Source: Alphaproteobacteria bacterium (GTDB taxonomy: Bacteria > Pseudomonadota > Alphaproteobacteria > MPNO01 > UBA830). Taken from it: DNA of 64,000 bases. Below the pieces are notes generated by a model. The model was not told the origin of the DNA and made no database searches. It saw only the letters and a program-made list of their open reading frames with translations. Positions 31,189 to 42,047 of the stretch are shown here, one piece after another (within the stretch, counting starts at the first letter, position 1; the number at the start of each line of letters is the position of its first letter). The stretch is from contig OZ251539.1 in the NCBI GenBank assembly GCA_965243135.1, forward strand, positions 5,248,001 to 5,312,000, given 5' to 3'. The position numbers were made by a program, and so were the translations under genes.

Positions 31189-33390
31189 ATGAACTCGCCG
31201 GTACTGCCCCGCAATACGGTCAAGCTGATCGAGCAGGTGAGGCTTGCAGAACGGCATCCGGGCCTGCAGCTCGACAAGTTGTCGTCCGCAGGAGACCAGA
31301 AGAAGCAGGGTCAGCTGATCGAGAGAGTCGCGCAATGCACGGGCGACAGCGATCTGTTGTCCGAACTTTTGTCGCGTCGCGGCGAAATGCTGAAGGATCT
31401 CGACGCGCTGCGCTTTCGGGGCCGGACGGTCGGACCTATGACTCTCCATCTCGCTCGATCCGGCGCTCTCGAGAACGCAGGCATCGCGCTGCATCCGGCG
31501 TACGGTTTCGCCTGGTTGCCCGGAACCGGGATCAAGGGCATGACGCGCGCCTGGGCGGAAACGGTCTGGGCGCCCGAACAATCAGATCCGGAAGAGGCGT
31601 GGAGACTGATCGACGCCGCGTTCGGAACCAGCCCGGGGTCGGAACGGAAGAAGAGTTGGCGATCGAGCGAACCGGCCGGCGCCGAGGCTGCGGGGCGGAT
31701 CGTTTTTCACGACGCCTGGCCGATCTCATGGCCACGCCTCGAACGCGACATCGTCAACAACCATCATGCCGCCTATTACCGTGGAGAGGGCGATCCCGGC
31801 GACTGGGAAGCCCCGGTTCCTGTAAATTTCCTCGCTATCGCTTCCGGCTCCGAGTTCGAATTCGCCGTTTCCGACCGCTCGCCCAACGGCGACGATCTGG
31901 CTGAACTGGCCATGAACTGGTTGCGCGCCGCCCTGTGGCATGCGGGGGCCGGCGCCAAGACGGCGGCCGGGTACGGGCGCATCGCGCCGGTCGAGGGCGA
32001 GCGGCCTCCGGCGGCTTCGGAGCGAAGCGTCAGGTCGGAGCATTCGCTGGAACTCGTTTCTCCGGCCTTCCTCGCAGGCGCCGGGCAGAAGAAGGCGGAC
32101 TGCGATCTGCGGCCCGCGACGCTGCGGGGCTTGCTGCGCTGGTGGTGGCGCACCATGCATGCAGCCCATCTCGCACGCGGCGATCTGGCGAAACTTGAAG
32201 CGCTCGTGTGGGGCGACACGGAGACCGGAAGCGCCGTCGCGCTGGCGCTCGAGTCGGACAAGAAAAACGGTGCTCCGATCCCATACAACAAGACAGAGAT
32301 ACAGAGGGAACACAAGCTCGAAAGTTCCGAGACTCGCAAAGTGACGCAGGGCCTGTTTTATGCTTCCTATGGCATGGACGAGACGAATAAGGGCGAGCGC
32401 CAACAGCGATGGTACAGGGAAGCTGGAGATAGCTGGAAGCTAGTTCTGGCTGCGCGGGAAGGGTTCTGGAAAGAAGAAAGAATTCCGGCGCAACGCATGA
32501 TGAAGCAGGCGGAAGCGGCGCTCTGGCTTCTGACGAGATACGGAGCGGCGGGATCCAAGTCACGCAAGGGTTTCGGCGCCTTTGCGGACATTCCAATTCA
32601 ATCGGTCGGTTCTCTTGAGGATTGCGTCGCCGCGGGCAGTCGCCTTCGAGAAATATGCGGCCTTCGGTCCGGCCAATCGACCGGCACGTCAGCCCTGGAG
32701 CAAAAGATAGGTCCGGTCGAGGTAAGGACTCCGTGGAAGGATCCGTGGTACGCGCTCGACAGGATGGGTCATGTCTATCAGACCGCCGTGAAGCGCCAGA
32801 GCGGCGATAACCGGAAGGTATTCGGCTTGCCACGCAAGGTTGGGCGTCCTCCGCACCCGCTCGGCGAGCTCGAACGTCACTCGTCTCCGATGCACTGGAG
32901 CCTCGCCCGGGGATCCGATGGCGCTATGGCGATCCGCCTGATCGCTTTTCCCTCGCCGAAACTTCCGGATCTGGAAACCAGCAGGACGGTGCTGGAGGAA
33001 ACGGTGCGCCATGCCGAAAACGCGATAAAGGAAGAGGCAAACCGACCGAGAACAGGGGAAAAGAAAGTGGGCAAGCCACCGGTGAAGCCAGCTATTACTG
33101 GTATGCCGGAGAAACACGCTCGCGTGCGGGCTGTTTTGCTTCCAGAAAAGACCAAGAACCTGCATTGGAAGGCCCAGCAGGTGGATGGTCCCATGATCGG
33201 CGAAATATTCAACCACGATGAAGTGCCGGGCGATCTCGAAGCGGGCCAAGAGGTCGAACTAGTCGTATCCAGTCCTGACCAAAGAAACGGTCGCTTCTTG
33301 TGGCCAAGTCCGAAGGTGGAAGAGCGAATGACAAGAGGGCCGCAAAATCGGTCTCCACGCGGCGGCGGAAATCGGAGAAAAGGGCGATGA
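31189..33390 (+). CDS. Cmr6-Cmr1 fusion with an additional C-terminal domain
   Basis: Cmr6 motifs LHPAYGFAWLPGTGIKG, VFHDAWP and GAKTAAGYG, followed in frame by Cmr1 motifs LVSPAFLAGA, LRPATLRGLLRWWWR and GSKSRKGFG. Confidence 0.88.
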   Translation: MNSPVLPRNTVKLIEQVRLAERHPGLQLDKLSSAGDQKKQGQLIERVAQCTGDSDLLSELLSRRGEMLKDLDALRFRGRTVGPMTLHLARSGALENAGIALHPAYGFAWLPGTGIKGMTRAWAETVWAPEQSDPEEAWRLIDAAFGTSPGSERKKSWRSSEPAGAEAAGRIVFHDAWPISWPRLERDIVNNHHAAYYRGEGDPGDWEAPVPVNFLAIASGSEFEFAVSDRSPNGDDLAELAMNWLRAALWHAGAGAKTAAGYGRIAPVEGERPPAASERSVRSEHSLELVSPAFLAGAGQKKADCDLRPATLRGLLRWWWRTMHAAHLARGDLAKLEALVWGDTETGSAVALALESDKKNGAPIPYNKTEIQREHKLESSETRKVTQGLFYASYGMDETNKGERQQRWYREAGDSWKLVLAAREGFWKEERIPAQRMMKQAEAALWLLTRYGAAGSKSRKGFGAFADIPIQSVGSLEDCVAAGSRLREICGLRSGQSTGTSALEQKIGPVEVRTPWKDPWYALDRMGHVYQTAVKRQSGDNRKVFGLPRKVGRPPHPLGELERHSSPMHWSLARGSDGAMAIRLIAFPSPKLPDLETSRTVLEETVRHAENAIKEEANRPRTGEKKVGKPPVKPAITGMPEKHARVRAVLLPEKTKNLHWKAQQVDGPMIGEIFNHDEVPGDLEAGQEVELVVSSPDQRNGRFLWPSPKVEERMTRGPQNRSPRGGGNRRKGR

Positions 33391-34685
33391 GCAGCGGCGC
33401 TGCGCTGGTTTTGACGATCGGAACTGGAAACAAGGAACGCTTGGAAGAAACACTCTATACTCCTCTAACTAAAAGCATCAGGGACGGAGAATGGCGCGAG
33501 ATCGTACTGCTTCCGTCGCAGGTGACAGAAGGCGTTGCCGAGGTTCTGAAGCAAAGGTTTCCCAATTTACGCGTCAATATGTATAGCTTGCCAGGCAAAA
33601 ACATGGAAAACAATGCGGATGCTTGTTTCGCGCATTTCAATGACGTATTAGGCAAACTGTTGAAGGAATACAAACGTGAAGAAATCCTGATTGACTTTAC
33701 TCGGGGAACCAAAGGAATGAGCGCTGCGCTCGTTCTTGCCGCCGTCCGGCACAATATACCACAGATGCGCTATATCGGCGGTCCGCGAGACAAGCATGGC
33801 GCGGTTATTCCGGGGAAGGAGGAGATAGCAAACCTGGATGCCGTTCAGGCGACGGGTCGCCGTCTTCTCGACGACGCGCGGCATCTTTTGCGTCAAGGAG
33901 ATTTTGCCGCGATGCCGAAACTGCTTTCGAACCTTTCGAATTTGCCTGAAGGACTGCAGCAAGAAGGAGCCGTGTTACTTGAACGGGCAGAATTCTATGG
34001 CGCTTGGGACAGGCTGGCCTATAGAGAGGCTGCTGAACTTGGCAAGGCGTTTTCTGAAAAATCCGCATTGCACGACGCCGTGGATTGGACACGAAAACTG
34101 GCCGATGCGCCGGAACGCTCGAATCATTCCGATATGTCGCGTTGGTTGAAGAAAGTCGCCTGCGACCTTTTGGAGAATGGACGACGCCGCGTTCGGGATC
34201 ATCATTTCGAAGACGCTCTGTTGCGAGCTTACCGCGTACTTGAACTGATTGGACAATTTCGGCTGTTCCATCGCGGTTACGATACTTCTTCCATTGATCC
34301 TGAAGATACACTCGTTAAAAAATTGGAAGAGCGTTTGAAAAAAAGGAAAAGCCATGGTTTTGGGGAGAATGGCAAAGGAAAATATACAGCGGCTCGTGCG
34401 ATTGCAGCCAGATTTCTCGAACATATCGGCGATCCGCTTGGAAGGCCGTTGTTCGATTTTGGGGAAAAGACATATGGCGGGTTCACGGCGACACAGAGAA
34501 ATCACAGCATTCTAGTTCACGGATTTGAAGCGGCCGCTGCAAAGGCCGACGAAAGCTCATTGGTTCAGGTTTATGATGACTTACAGAAGCTATTATGCTG
34601 CGCAGACGAGGAAGCGGAATCTCAACTAGACAAGATTCGCAGATGTTACAAAGATATTGACGCACAATGCCGAGTCTCTACGTGA
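33387..34685 (+). CDS. CARF-HEPN effector (TIGR02710-like)
   Basis: LTIGTG, IDFTRGTKGMSAAL, RAYRVLELIGQ, HEPN-like RNHSILVHG. Confidence 0.85.
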   Translation: MSSGAALVLTIGTGNKERLEETLYTPLTKSIRDGEWREIVLLPSQVTEGVAEVLKQRFPNLRVNMYSLPGKNMENNADACFAHFNDVLGKLLKEYKREEILIDFTRGTKGMSAALVLAAVRHNIPQMRYIGGPRDKHGAVIPGKEEIANLDAVQATGRRLLDDARHLLRQGDFAAMPKLLSNLSNLPEGLQQEGAVLLERAEFYGAWDRLAYREAAELGKAFSEKSALHDAVDWTRKLADAPERSNHSDMSRWLKKVACDLLENGRRRVRDHHFEDALLRAYRVLELIGQFRLFHRGYDTSSIDPEDTLVKKLEERLKKRKSHGFGENGKGKYTAARAIAARFLEHIGDPLGRPLFDFGEKTYGGFTATQRNHSILVHGFEAAAAKADESSLVQVYDDLQKLLCCADEEAESQLDKIRRCYKDIDAQCRVST

Positions 34686-35704
34686 CCGAACCTGGCGCCG
34701 TCGTACGTCGCCGGGCGGGTTCAATCATCGTCACTCTGGATAAAGATCCGGACGGGCCCGGTCCTTTGTCGAAAAGGAGGCGCGAACTAATCGAGGTCGA
34801 ACCACACAGGCTGGAAATGGTCGGTTTGGTGGGTCGCGTGCACATTACATCCGACGTCACGCGGCTTTGCCTGGAGCAAGGCATAGCCGTAGCCTGGTTC
34901 ACGCGAGGCGGCGATTTTCTCGGGCGACTCGTGCCGGAACTATCTCGAACGGCAGATTTGCGTCTGCGGCAATTCCGTCTGGCCGACAATCAGGCAACGG
35001 CAATCGATCTCGGACGAGTCTTTATCGACACCAAATTGCGCAATGCGGCAGCGACGATTGGCGCGGTGCGGTCCAATCGGCCGGGCGAAAGCCGTTTCGG
35101 AGAGGCGATCTTTCATTTGCGGCGCCTTCGTGAAGGTTTGACGAATGCCAAGGCGCGCGACGCGGTCATGGGAATTGAAGGAGAAGCCGCGCGGAGATAT
35201 TTTCAGGTTTTGGGACTTGCGTTCTCCGGTCCTATTCAATTCGAGTTAAGAAAGCGACGTCCGCCGCCGGATCCGGCCAATGCGCTTCTTTCGCTTGGCT
35301 ATGTGTTACTTGCGAACATGCTGGCGAGCCTTCTTGAGGCGCGTGGTTTCGACCCCTATCTCGGCATTCTACACACGGTACGGTCGGGCAGACCTAGTTT
35401 AGCGCTCGATCTCATGGAAGAACTGCGACATCCTCTTGTCGATCGCTTCGTTCTCCGTTTATGCAATCGTCGACAATTGACCCCGGAGGATTTCGAGAGC
35501 GACGAAGAGCGCGGCGGCGTTCGCTTGATTCGAGAAGGACTTAGGCGTTTTTTTCGCTCATGGGAGAAATATCTCGACGGCCCGATGCCGGGGGTGGATT
35601 CCGATTTGACCGTCGAACAAATAGTAGCTTTACAGGTAGATCGGTTAGCGGCTCATGTCAGAGGCTCTGCAATATACCAACCTCTTCTACTGCGGGGAGC
35701 TTGA
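34667..35704 (+). CDS. cas1: Cas1 of the type III locus (no RT fusion)
   Basis: MGIEGEAARRYF, RRPPPDPANALLSLGY, SLALDLMEELR. Confidence 0.95.
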   Translation: MPSLYVTEPGAVVRRRAGSIIVTLDKDPDGPGPLSKRRRELIEVEPHRLEMVGLVGRVHITSDVTRLCLEQGIAVAWFTRGGDFLGRLVPELSRTADLRLRQFRLADNQATAIDLGRVFIDTKLRNAAATIGAVRSNRPGESRFGEAIFHLRRLREGLTNAKARDAVMGIEGEAARRYFQVLGLAFSGPIQFELRKRRPPPDPANALLSLGYVLLANMLASLLEARGFDPYLGILHTVRSGRPSLALDLMEELRHPLVDRFVLRLCNRRQLTPEDFESDEERGGVRLIREGLRRFFRSWEKYLDGPMPGVDSDLTVEQIVALQVDRLAAHVRGSAIYQPLLLRGA

Positions 35705-35706
35705 CG

Positions 35707-35985
35707 ATGAGATATATTGTCTGCTACGATGTATCTGACGATAAAAGGCGGAGAAAGATTTCCGAAGTGCTTGATGGATACGGCGACCGCATTCAAGAGA
35801 GCGTTTTCGAACTTCCCGTTGAAAGTTCACTTATGGATAAATGCATGGGGGAACTAACGGACCTCGTAAAGGAAAGCGAGGATTGCGTGGCGATATATCG
35901 GCTTTGCGCTTCTTGCGACAGCGAACGAACCTATTTTGGGGACGCGGTGCCAGATATCGGTGAGGAAACTGCATTCGTCGTATAG
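35707..35985 (+). CDS. cas2: Cas2
   Basis: YIVCYDVSDDKRR, YGDRIQESVFE. Confidence 0.95.
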   Translation: MRYIVCYDVSDDKRRRKISEVLDGYGDRIQESVFELPVESSLMDKCMGELTDLVKESEDCVAIYRLCASCDSERTYFGDAVPDIGEETAFVV

Positions 35986-36179
35986 GCTTGGATTCGTAGT
36001 CGCTGGATGGAGCGAATATGCGAGAGATAACGAATCGCGCAAGTGACTGGTATGATTGGGAAATTCAGTATGCTATACTCACGAAGCGCATTTCGACCAA
36101 GGCTTCTTGTTCATGCGTACGAAGGTTACGACTATTTGGGTCGTAACTTGCTGATTCGATACACCCTCTTCTGGATGGT
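35986..36179 (+). promoter_or_regulatory. Leader of the type III array
   Basis: Lower-GC non-coding segment between cas2 and the first repeat. Confidence 0.7.
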
Positions 36180-39100
36180 GTCGAATGCGTTGCCCCGCTA
36201 TCGAGGGGATTGAAACTTAAGGATCCGAGCCGTGGCTAGAAGAGGTCAAGCAGTTAGTCGAATGCGTTGCCCCGCTATCGAGGGGATTGAAACGGCGTCT
36301 ATCTGCCGTTCCGCCGTGTTCCGTATCGTAGTGTCGAATGCGTTGCCCCGCTATCGAGGGGATTGAAACCCATGAGAAAAAACCGCCTGATCACCAGACT
36401 ACAGCAAGTGTCGAATGCGTTGCCCCGCTATCGAGGGGATTGAAACGGGTTGGATCCGGGAATCGCAGTTCCCGGATCCAACCTCGCCGTCGAATGCGTT
36501 GCCCCGCTATCGAGGGGATTGAAACGCGTCGCCGTAATGCGTACCGAAGTACCATCCCGAAGGGTCGAATGCGTTGCCCCGCTATCGAGGGGATTGAAAC
36601 ATCTCCTCATAGGACCCGTAGAGGAGGATCTCATGGGCCCGTCGAATGCGTTGCCCCGCTATCGAGGGGATTGAAACCTTGTCCAACACCTGCGCAGCAA
36701 AGTCGCGTTCATACCCAGGTCGAATGCGTTGCCCCGCTATCGAGGGGATTGAAACGCGCTGTTGTCGATCGCCGGGAACGCGGCATCCGCAAATGCGTCG
36801 AATGCGTTGCCCCGCTATCGAGGGGATTGAAACCGTTATCACGTCGCGTTCGGTGCGGTCGGTTTCCGTAAGGTCGAATGCGTTGCCCCGCTATCGAGGG
36901 GATTGAAACCTCCTTCAAAGGATTCAATCTTCTTGACAAACTCACCCATCAGTCGAATGCGTTGCCCCGCTATCGAGGGGATTGAAACATCGCTAACCAA
37001 ATGTCGTTCTGCCAATGTTCGAAGAAGGTGTCGAATGCGTTGCCCCGCTATCGAGGGGATTGAAACGCATATCCTGCCGTAACACGCGCATAAACCTGCG
37101 GCCAGTGTGTCGAATGCGTTGCCCCGCTATCGAGGGGATTGAAACATCGCTACGGTAAAAGCCCTTCCGTGCCGCCCGGCGACAGGGTCGAATGCGTTGC
37201 CCCGCTATCGAGGGGATTGAAACGCGATAGGGGTTGTAGTCGCCGCAATTGCGGATTACGGCGTCGAATGCGTTGCCCCGCTATCGAGGGGATTGAAACA
37301 CAGGCGGGTCGTGCAGGCCCGTGCCGCGACGATGCCCGGTCGAATGCGTTGCCCCGCTATCGAGGGGATTGAAACCTCCAAAGAGTATTTGTGCTCGTTG
37401 ATTTGCAAGAGAAGCCGTCGAATGCGTTGCCCCGCTATCGAGGGGATTGAAACGTTCATCATCCACGGGGGGATAAACCACGGCTTCCGGGACGCGTCGA
37501 ATGCGTTGCCCCGCTATCGAGGGGATTGAAACAGGGCCGTGGAGCTTCCCCGCGCTATCGAGGGCCGGGGCCGCTGTCGAATGCGTTGCCCCGCTATCGA
37601 GGGGATTGAAACGCATCGCAGCGCCGGGATCGCGCCGCTGGAAGCTCTTTCTCGTCGAATGCGTTGCCCCGCTATCGAGGGGATTGAAACCGGGCCTTTT
37701 CCAAGGCCGCATCCCCGTCCAGCAGGCTATGTCGAATGCGTTGCCCCGCTATCGAGGGGATTGAAACTCGAGCTTTGAACCGTCGGAATCCCCGGAAACC
37801 TCATCTCCAGTCGAATGCGTTGCCCCGCTATCGAGGGGATTGAAACGAATCGCCCGTGAACGCATCGGAGCGAAGGCATGACGGGTCGAATGCGTTGCCC
37901 CGCTATCGAGGGGATTGAAACCGACCCGGACGGACCTGACGACGCCGGCGGAATGGGGCGCTGTCGAATGCGTTGCCCCGCTATCGAGGGGATTGAAACT
38001 TTCAGGAACTTTGCAAGGTCGCGCCAATCATGCGTTTCCGTCGAATGCGTTGCCCCGCTATCGAGGGGATTGAAACTAAGTGCACGAATAGCCGGTATCG
38101 TGCATATCGACCCGCGTCGAATGCGTTGCCCCGCTATCGAGGGGATTGAAACAAAACTGTAACCTCTTCCTGTACCGCAACGTCGCCTCCCGAATGTCGA
38201 ATGCGTTGCCCCGCTATCGAGGGGATTGAAACAACGCCCGAGCGCCCCGTAGGACGGATCGATCCCGACGTAGGTCGAATGCGTTGCCCCGCTATCGAGG
38301 GGATTGAAACTACGTTCCTTCCTCGCCGCTGGCGAGTTCCTCGTTTCCGGTCGAATGCGTTGCCCCGCTATCGAGGGGATTGAAACCGGTCGACGTCTAT
38401 GAGGCGGCCCGTAGGCGCGTCGCGTGGGGGTCGAATGCGTTGCCCCGCTATCGAGGGGATTGAAACCAAACGCTTTACTGGTCCAACACCTACGCAACAG
38501 TGTGGGTCGAATGCGTTGCCCCGCTATCGAGGGGATTGAAACCTATCGAGATCGCCGGTGGGAGTACTGGTCGTCTTCGCGTGTCGAATGCGTTGCCCCG
38601 CTATCGAGGGGATTGAAACCATGCTACGGTATCCGCCGGAGGCGGCCGACCACTTTCACCGTCGAATGCGTTGCCCCGCTATCGAGGGGATTGAAACGAT
38701 CTCATGGGCCCGATCGCAGAGGTGCATCCTGACACTGCCGGTCGAATGCGTTGCCCCGCTATCGAGGGGATTGAAACGCGGGACCAACAGATCCTGCTTG
38801 AACCGAGGTTTCGCGGCCGGTCGAATGCGTTGCCCCGCTATCGAGGGGATTGAAACCTGACTGGCAAGCGGGCTGAGCCCATGCTTGGTAGCCGCCTGGT
38901 CGAATGCGTTGCCCCGCTATCGAGGGGATTGAAACTTTCAGCGGCACGGCCGCCGTCCGGATGCAGAAAGCTCCGTGTCGAATGCGTTGCCCCGCTATCG
39001 AGGGGATTGAAACCAGTACCGACCGCGGAATGGCCAGGGCCACATGGTAGCCCAGTCGAATGCGTTGCCCCGCTATCGAGGGGATTGAAACTTGGAAGAT

Positions 39101-39867
39101 TGTGCCTTTCTTCTTGGCGTGGACGTAGCTAGGTCGAATGCGTTGCCCCGCTATCGAGGGGATTGAAACTTTCCGCATACGACGCCGCAACGTTTTCGGA
39201 TTCAATCCGAAGTCGAATGCGTTGCCCCGCTATCGAGGGGATTGAAACAAAGCCTGAATCGCAGCGTAGGACTCGCCACGCGGCTCCAGGTCGAATGCGT
39301 TGCCCCGCTATCGAGGGGATTGAAACCTTTCTCGCGGCGGCGATGCTTCCGAAAAGTGCGGTTCGTCGAATGCGTTGCCCCGCTATCGAGGGGATTGAAA
39401 CCTTTGGAATAGCTTGTTCCAGTGATAGCTTACTTGGTATCGGTCGAATGCGTTGCCCCGCTATCGAGGGGATTGAAACCCGAACGGCCTGACGCGCTGA
39501 ATGGGCCAGCTTTTCGGCGGTCGAATGCGTTGCCCCGCTATCGAGGGGATTGAAACTCGAGAACAAGCCGAGCGTCAACGAATACGCTTTCCATATCGTC
39601 GAATGCGTTGCCCCGCTATCGAGGGGATTGAAACTCCATGGTGGCATACCCACTATCCGCCGAACGGGTGGGTCGAATGCGTTGCCCCGCTATCGAGGGG
39701 ATTGAAACTAGGTTTGGCAAACGACGTCAAACTCCTCGCCCAGGCCGGGTTCGTCGAATGCGTTGCCCCGCTATCGAGGGGATTGAAACGGGAACGCGGC
39801 ATCGGCAAACGCTTTGTTTGTCCAGCAGCGGTCGAATGCGTTGCCCCGCTATCGAGGGGATTGAAAC
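36180..39867 (+). CRISPR. Type III array, 48 repeats, spacers about 37-44 nt
   Basis: 37-nt repeat GTCGAATGCGTTGCCCCGCTATCGAGGGGATTGAAAC with a CCCC/GGGG hairpin and ATTGAAAC tag. Confidence 0.97.
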
Positions 39868-40050
39868 TTGGCGCAATCTTTGCCGTCGTCGGCGGATCGC
39901 AGCGTTTACCTGTCGTGACTGGACCGCGCTGCCGGCCTGTCGTATGCTCGGATCGGGCGCTTGATGGGCTTTCCAAGAGGCAATGTCGGCGCATATGCAG
40001 GGCGAATTCAAGAATGGCGCGATCATTGCCAAGCGCCGCCCTCGAGGAGG

Positions 40051-40266
40051 CAGCAGCGGCGCGAGATCCGCGTCGGCGGGACGATGGCGGCGCGAAGAGA
40101 CGGCAGCGGCGCGAGATCCGCGTCGGCGGGACGATGGCGGCGCGAAGAGACGGCAGCGGCGCGAGATCCGCGTCGGCGGGACGATGGCGGCGCGAAGAGA
40201 CGGCAGCGGCGCGAGATCCGCGTCGGCGGGACGATGGCGGCGCGAAGAGACGGCAGCGGTGCGAGA
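40051..40266. repeat. 50-bp tandem repeat, about 4.3 copies, inside the IS
   Basis: Unit CGGCAGCGGCGCGAGATCCGCGTCGGCGGGACGATGGCGGCGCGAAGAGA at 40051, 40101, 40151, 40201 and partially at 40251. Confidence 0.95.
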
Positions 40267-40286
40267 GGCGGGCCACCGGTCGGACG

Positions 40287-42047
40287 TCAGAAGACCTCCG
40301 TGGTCAGATCTCGAACGGCCTGACGCGAATCGTAGTGTCGGTGGGCCTGCGGCAGATAATCGAATCGTCCGCGCAACCGAACGATGGAAATCGCGGCGTT
40401 GCGAATCGAAGCCAGTGCACGGGCGCTGCTGCCGACGTGGTTGCGGCGGCGGTCCTCGTCGTAAGTCATGTCGCGAACATGATGCACCCGGTTCTCGATT
40501 TCCCAGTGACGGCGAGCGATGTCGAGAATTTCGGCAGGTCCTCCGCGCGACGGCGGGATGGAAGTTACCCCGTAAGCGATTTCCGAAGTTGTCCCGACGA
40601 TCTTTCCCTTTCTGAGTTTCTGACGTATGCGTTCGATACGGAATGCTTGCCGTCGTCCGGGCAGTTCGACGTACCCGTCCCAAGTTTTGTCGAGTTCGAC
40701 GACCAGACAACTGCGAGTGTCGATTCGACCGTGCGTTTTTTCCATCGTCTCGCTTTTACCGACTGCCTGATCGTTCCAGTCAATCGCTTTCAGATCGTCG
40801 AGTATCGTTTTTTGGTTGCCCTTGACGATCATCAAATAGTCAGCTCCCCTGTCCAAGATCAACTGGGTAGTTTCGACCTGGGTATGCATGGCGTCGGCGG
40901 TCACAATACGTCCGGACAACTGCATGCTTCGCAACAACTTTCGCGCAGCCGGAATCTCGTTTGACTTGTCTGCGACTTTCACCTGACCGCAAATTAGTCC
41001 GGTTTCGTGCTCGACGGCTCCGACCAGATGGCATCCGTCTCCATGCCGTGACGCTCCGCGCACGGATTTTCCGTCGAGGCTTCCGTTGGGATCCTGGTAT
41101 TGTGCGGTCCATTCTCGCAAAGCCTTGTCAAGGGCTTCCGGGTCGACATTCGAAAGCACGCGATGGAAGGTCGAATAGCTCGGGGCCGTCCGGATTCCAT
41201 CGCCTTTCATCCATGAGCGCACTTCCGCCAGCTGCGATTGATTCAACTTCCCGGAAAAGTCCGCTATGGCGGTTAGACTGAAAAAACCGCACAGTTGCGC
41301 CGCTATTGCGATGGCGAGGACCGTCGCCAACTGATAGCGCTGACCGCGACGACTTCGGAAGTCCGGCACCGTACTTAAATACTGGTACAAACTCCCCATT
41401 CTGTGATCCGGTATCTCGTCTACGTTCAATGTCTTGCAGTTCCAGAGCTTATTGTCGGAAAGCATGCAAAATTGCTTGCGGGCATCCTTTTCCAGTTCGA
41501 GCATCAGAATTTTTCTGGACGTTCCGTGTTCGCGGTAACCACCGCCCGATATGCGCTCGTATCCTTTTGTGAACCCAACGGCTCGCCAGTTCGCCGCCTG
41601 GTAACACGTTCCCTCGAAACGGTCCGGATCTACAAAAGTCTCCGCCATCAGAACTGGATGGTCATATGCTGCCTGAAAGTCAGCCGACAGGCGCCGGGTG
41701 CTGAGGGACAAAATATGGGACGTCAGGTTGTGTCGCCGCCAGGGCGGAAGAATCAACAAGCGCGCGTTGTTCGCCACAAGATGCAACCGGCGGCCGCGCT
41801 GCTCGGGCGTCCAGCCAATCCACTGGTCGCGCGCCCGCAGCCGCCAGGCCCCGGCTTTCCAACCAAGCAACGCCACCCATTCTCCGTCCGGGGCCACGGC
41901 GACATGCCGCACCGCCTCCCCGACCATGCCCCGAAATTCGAGGTAGTGGTGTTTCCGCATCGTCTCGTCCCACCGGTCGCGTTCCGCCGGGTCGAGCACC
42001 GGCCGAACGGCGATGTCGTCCGGCTCCCGTATGTTTTTCGTCATCAT
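40287..42047 (-). CDS. DUF4338-ISAs1 transposase fusion
   Basis: N-terminal HHYL, VANNARLLILP, AETFVDP, YQAANW; C-terminal VPDFRSRRG, DGKSVRG, KSNEIP, TADAMHTQ, VKGNQ, RRHWEIEN. Confidence 0.88.
   Translation of the reverse strand: MMTKNIREPDDIAVRPVLDPAERDRWDETMRKHHYLEFRGMVGEAVRHVAVAPDGEWVALLGWKAGAWRLRARDQWIGWTPEQRGRRLHLVANNARLLILPPWRRHNLTSHILSLSTRRLSADFQAAYDHPVLMAETFVDPDRFEGTCYQAANWRAVGFTKGYERISGGGYREHGTSRKILMLELEKDARKQFCMLSDNKLWNCKTLNVDEIPDHRMGSLYQYLSTVPDFRSRRGQRYQLATVLAIAIAAQLCGFFSLTAIADFSGKLNQSQLAEVRSWMKGDGIRTAPSYSTFHRVLSNVDPEALDKALREWTAQYQDPNGSLDGKSVRGASRHGDGCHLVGAVEHETGLICGQVKVADKSNEIPAARKLLRSMQLSGRIVTADAMHTQVETTQLILDRGADYLMIVKGNQKTILDDLKAIDWNDQAVGKSETMEKTHGRIDTRSCLVVELDKTWDGYVELPGRRQAFRIERIRQKLRKGKIVGTTSEIAYGVTSIPPSRGGPAEILDIARRHWEIENRVHHVRDMTYDEDRRRNHVGSSARALASIRNAAISIVRLRGRFDYLPQAHRHYDSRQAVRDLTTEVF

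Noticed and set aside
34667-35704. RT-Cas1 or RNA spacer acquisition
   Set aside because: Cas1 is 345 aa with no RT domain, and I found no YADD-type RT gene in the window.
40051-40266. 50-bp repeats as a mini CRISPR array
   Set aside because: Head-to-tail units with no variable spacers.
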